A stretch of DNA of 64,000 nucleotides from Spongospora subterranea f. sp. subterranea (Eukaryota): contig JAUGWO010000059.1 in assembly GCA_049724395.1 (NCBI GenBank), positions 62,001 through 126,000 of the forward strand, written 5' to 3'. The position numbers were made by a program, and so were the translations under genes. Below, piece by piece: positions 61,112-64,000 of this stretch. Each line of letters opens with the position of its first letter. Position 1 is the stretch's first letter. Below the pieces are notes generated by a model that worked only from the letters and a program-made list of their open reading frames with translations, searched no databases and was not told where the DNA came from.

Positions 61112-63639
61112 ATGATGAACGTGAGCGCGGAGGTCGCCAAGAAGACAGGCCGGCTCCGTCCTCCGATGAATCCGGTGGGGATGAACCGGTCGCGGGCAGA
61201 GCATAGCGCCAGTTGCGATGATGATATCTCGACCGTTATCGCGAGATTATTGGCTCTATGGACGGAAGGAGTCGCCAATCCGGCAAGGGCAGAGCGCCAT
61301 CGCCCTGGAAGGGATCCGCATGAGCGGCTTCCTCGTGTCGCTGCCAACCATCGTCCGGATCGTGGCCCTATACATGAACTGGCCCCGGGGCGCCGTCGAC
61401 GTCGTGGTCATCATGCTGCATGGGCTGTCGGAGGACCTGGCCATCGCACTGCAGTTCATGGCGGCCATGGTCTGTTGCCGCAAAGCGCTCCCGTCCCTGT
61501 TCGTGTTCCTGCTCCCGGTCGTCGTCCTCTTGGCCACGATCCCGCCGCTGATCGACCTCAGCGTACAGATGGGAGGGTTCGCCCGCATCAGCCGCGTCGA
61601 AATCCGCACCACATTCCACAATTTCCACCAGATGAGCAGTTCAATGGTCGATCGTGTGTTTGGTCCCGAATTCATCGTCTATCTCACCCTGTTCCTATTG
61701 CTGCTGGTCGCTGGCGCCAAACTCCTGCACGGATCGCTGGTCAGGATCGGCAAACAACGACTGGGCGACGTCATGATCTGGATCGCGACGTGCGTGTTCA
61801 TGGCGAATTTCGCCATGGTCTCGCGCTATTCGCTGCCGCGCTCCAGCGCCTATCTGGCCGGGAACACCATGTTCACGTTGGAGTTCGACCGGGTCACCAT
61901 GGCCACCAACATCTTCGAGAGCCCCGTTCACCCGACGACCCTGACCGACGTCATCGCTCCACAGGAGTCGCACTCGTTCCTGTCGTCGCACGATCCTGGG
62001 TTCCCGTTCTGGCGCCAAACGCTGTCCTATACGGGCGACAAACGGTTCGATCTGTCGATCAACGAGACGCGTCGTCCGAACGTGCTCCTGTTCAATATGG
62101 AGAGCTGGGGATATCAGGTGACCGGGTCGTTGATTGGAAAAAGCGAGAACGCATCGCTGACGCCGTATTTCGATGCGTTTGCCAAACAGGGGATCCTGTT
62201 TGAATCCCATTTCAATCCCGGGTAAATCGATCGCGAAAAACCTTGCCAATGACCATTCGCCTCCAGCGTTGACAATGCGCTTGTGTAGAATGACGACGAC
62301 GAACACGATCGTCAGCCAGCTGTTTGGCGTAAAACCGAAATACGATCACAACCCGCCGATGGAGGAGCACGCGTTGACCCTATCGCTATGGGGATTACCC
62401 CAGATATTGCAGGATCATGGCTATACGTGTCAGTTCATGTCGGCGACCGATATATCCTGGCACAACTGGGATCGGTTCCTGAGGAACAACGCCTTCGAGA
62501 GAACGCTCGGGAGCGACGAGGTTCGCGATATACTGACGCGACATTCCATCAGGTGAAGGAAGATTCGGTTGTCCAGTGGTCGGATTCAGGTGATGATTGT
62601 TGGCCAGGATACCAGACGAGTCGGAGGCGTGGGGAATTCAGGATGAATTCTCCTTGGCGGCGTTGGAATTCGTGATCGGCGATTTAGCGAAATCGGAAAA
62701 ACCTTATTTCATCGATTGGTATTCCATATCGTCACACGATCCGTTCCGGGTTTTGGCCTCATTCGTTGTTGCGCGTTGGCTCGGTTCTGATCGCGCGTTG
62801 CACAGCTTCCCCGAGCCGAGACCGAGTCGAAATCCAGCGACCACCTGCTGTCGGGGAACAAGTTCGACAAGGCGTATATGAGAGCGATCAAATACTCGGA
62901 TCGGCAGGTTCGATCGCGACGCTGGACGACAGATTTGATCTGACGACACATAACAGTTAGGGGAATTTCTGAGGCGGATGAACGAGAAAGGGATGATGAC
63001 GAATACGATCGTGATGATCACGGGCGACCATGGACGTCTGATGGGCGATGCGTCATGGAGCAACCTGAATTACGGTGAGTTCGCGTCCGATCCATACAGC
63101 CATGTCCCATTGGCCATCGTCCCGTCGAACGACTTGTTGGCGCCGAACTATCGTGGGCTGAGAATTCGGGACGTGTCGTCGCACGTGGACCTGATGGCGA
63201 CGTGTGCTGATATGATTCGTCTTTTTCCGTACAGTTGAACCTGACAATGCGCCCACGTTGATCTGACTGTCTCAGCAGGTTCTCGCAACATGGGCTGGGC
63301 AGGTCGTTAATGAGACAGCAACATTCGGGAAGAAAAGTTATTGTCGATCAACCTCAGCCGGGATTTGAGACGGTATCAGTGATAGACAACAACAAGAAAC
63401 TCGTTTTCGATGCTGAAGGGCAGTTCTGTTTGGCGTACAACCGAACCCTTGGTAGGACGTCGAGCGATTACGGGAAACCAATTGACTGCTGGAACAGCAA
63501 TTCTTCGAGTCTGATGTCAACAGAACTGTTGTGGTCAAAAACGGTATCGTCATGGACTGCTCTGGGGTACAAAAAGACTGCCTTTAAACCACCAAAATGT
63601 TCTGGGAACACCGTCGTTGGCGTATCGAGAGAAAACTGA
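61112..63639 (+). CDS. Membrane-anchored alkaline phosphatase/sulfatase-superfamily protein, LTA synthase (LtaS)/phosphoglycerol transferase-like, multi-exon; start approximate
   Basis: Several N-terminal TM helices, then RPNVLLFNMESW, LTPYFD, MTTTNT (Thr nucleophile position), SISSHDPF, AIKYSD, NTIVMITGDHG, HVPLAI, SHVDL. Confidence 0.8.
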
Positions 63640-64000
63640 AACCTAAGACTAAAGTCGTTGCATAAATCCGCTGGGGCAATGACAATCATAGTAAGCAGTT
63701 AACCTGAACCCTGAATAAAAATGTTAATTTAGTTAAATATCTCCACGAATTCTTCTATCGAATTCGATATATAGCTGTAGCAATTCGTTGGTGACTGATG
63801 GCGTAACTAGTTTCAATGCATAGTCAAAATCGGCTGATCCCTATAATCATACACAATTAACCGCCAGTCTGTTATAACAATATATGAGATGAGCAACAAT
63901 ACTTACAACATTGAGCGAGCGCATATCTCGACGAAGCGCGTGTAGTGCTGCCTCGCGACAAACATTTTCAATTTCAGCACCCGTATAGCCTACCAGCTCG

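Noticed and set aside
61046..62203. 385-aa Arg/Pro-rich ORF
   Set aside because: Alternative-frame shadow of the GC3-rich LtaS-like exon.

Overview
Eukaryotic nuclear DNA from a flagellated microbial eukaryote. It is gene-dense with many short (~50-70 nt) GT-AG introns and carries axonemal genes. A plasmodiophorid or other SAR protist is plausible, but this is inference only. Blocks of spliced genes alternate with islands of scrambled transposon relics at ~5.9-11.2 kb, ~14.8-30.6 kb and ~54.1-59.3 kb. The gene blocks encode a class III adenylyl cyclase, Xaa-Pro aminopeptidase, CRT10-like WD40, C2H2 zinc-finger protein, AGC kinase, Aurora kinase, PP1, CFAP46, SDR, Kv channel, NOP2, a PUB-PP2C fusion, a tandem methyltransferase, radial spoke head protein and an LtaS-like sulfatase-fold protein. 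The islands contain a CryptonF tyrosine recombinase and Penelope-like, Ty3/gypsy, PIF/Harbinger and MULE fragments. Most notable: (1) six fold-back inverted repeats of different ages, all seen inside the TE islands, one ending in a hammerhead-like core; (2) an intact, intronless, bacterial-type argB inside the TE island that lacks the arginine-feedback signatures; (3) an intron-containing LTA-synthase-like gene; (4) a PUB-PP2C fusion. Exon boundaries were read by eye and are approximate. At least one homopolymer frameshift suggests assembly indels.
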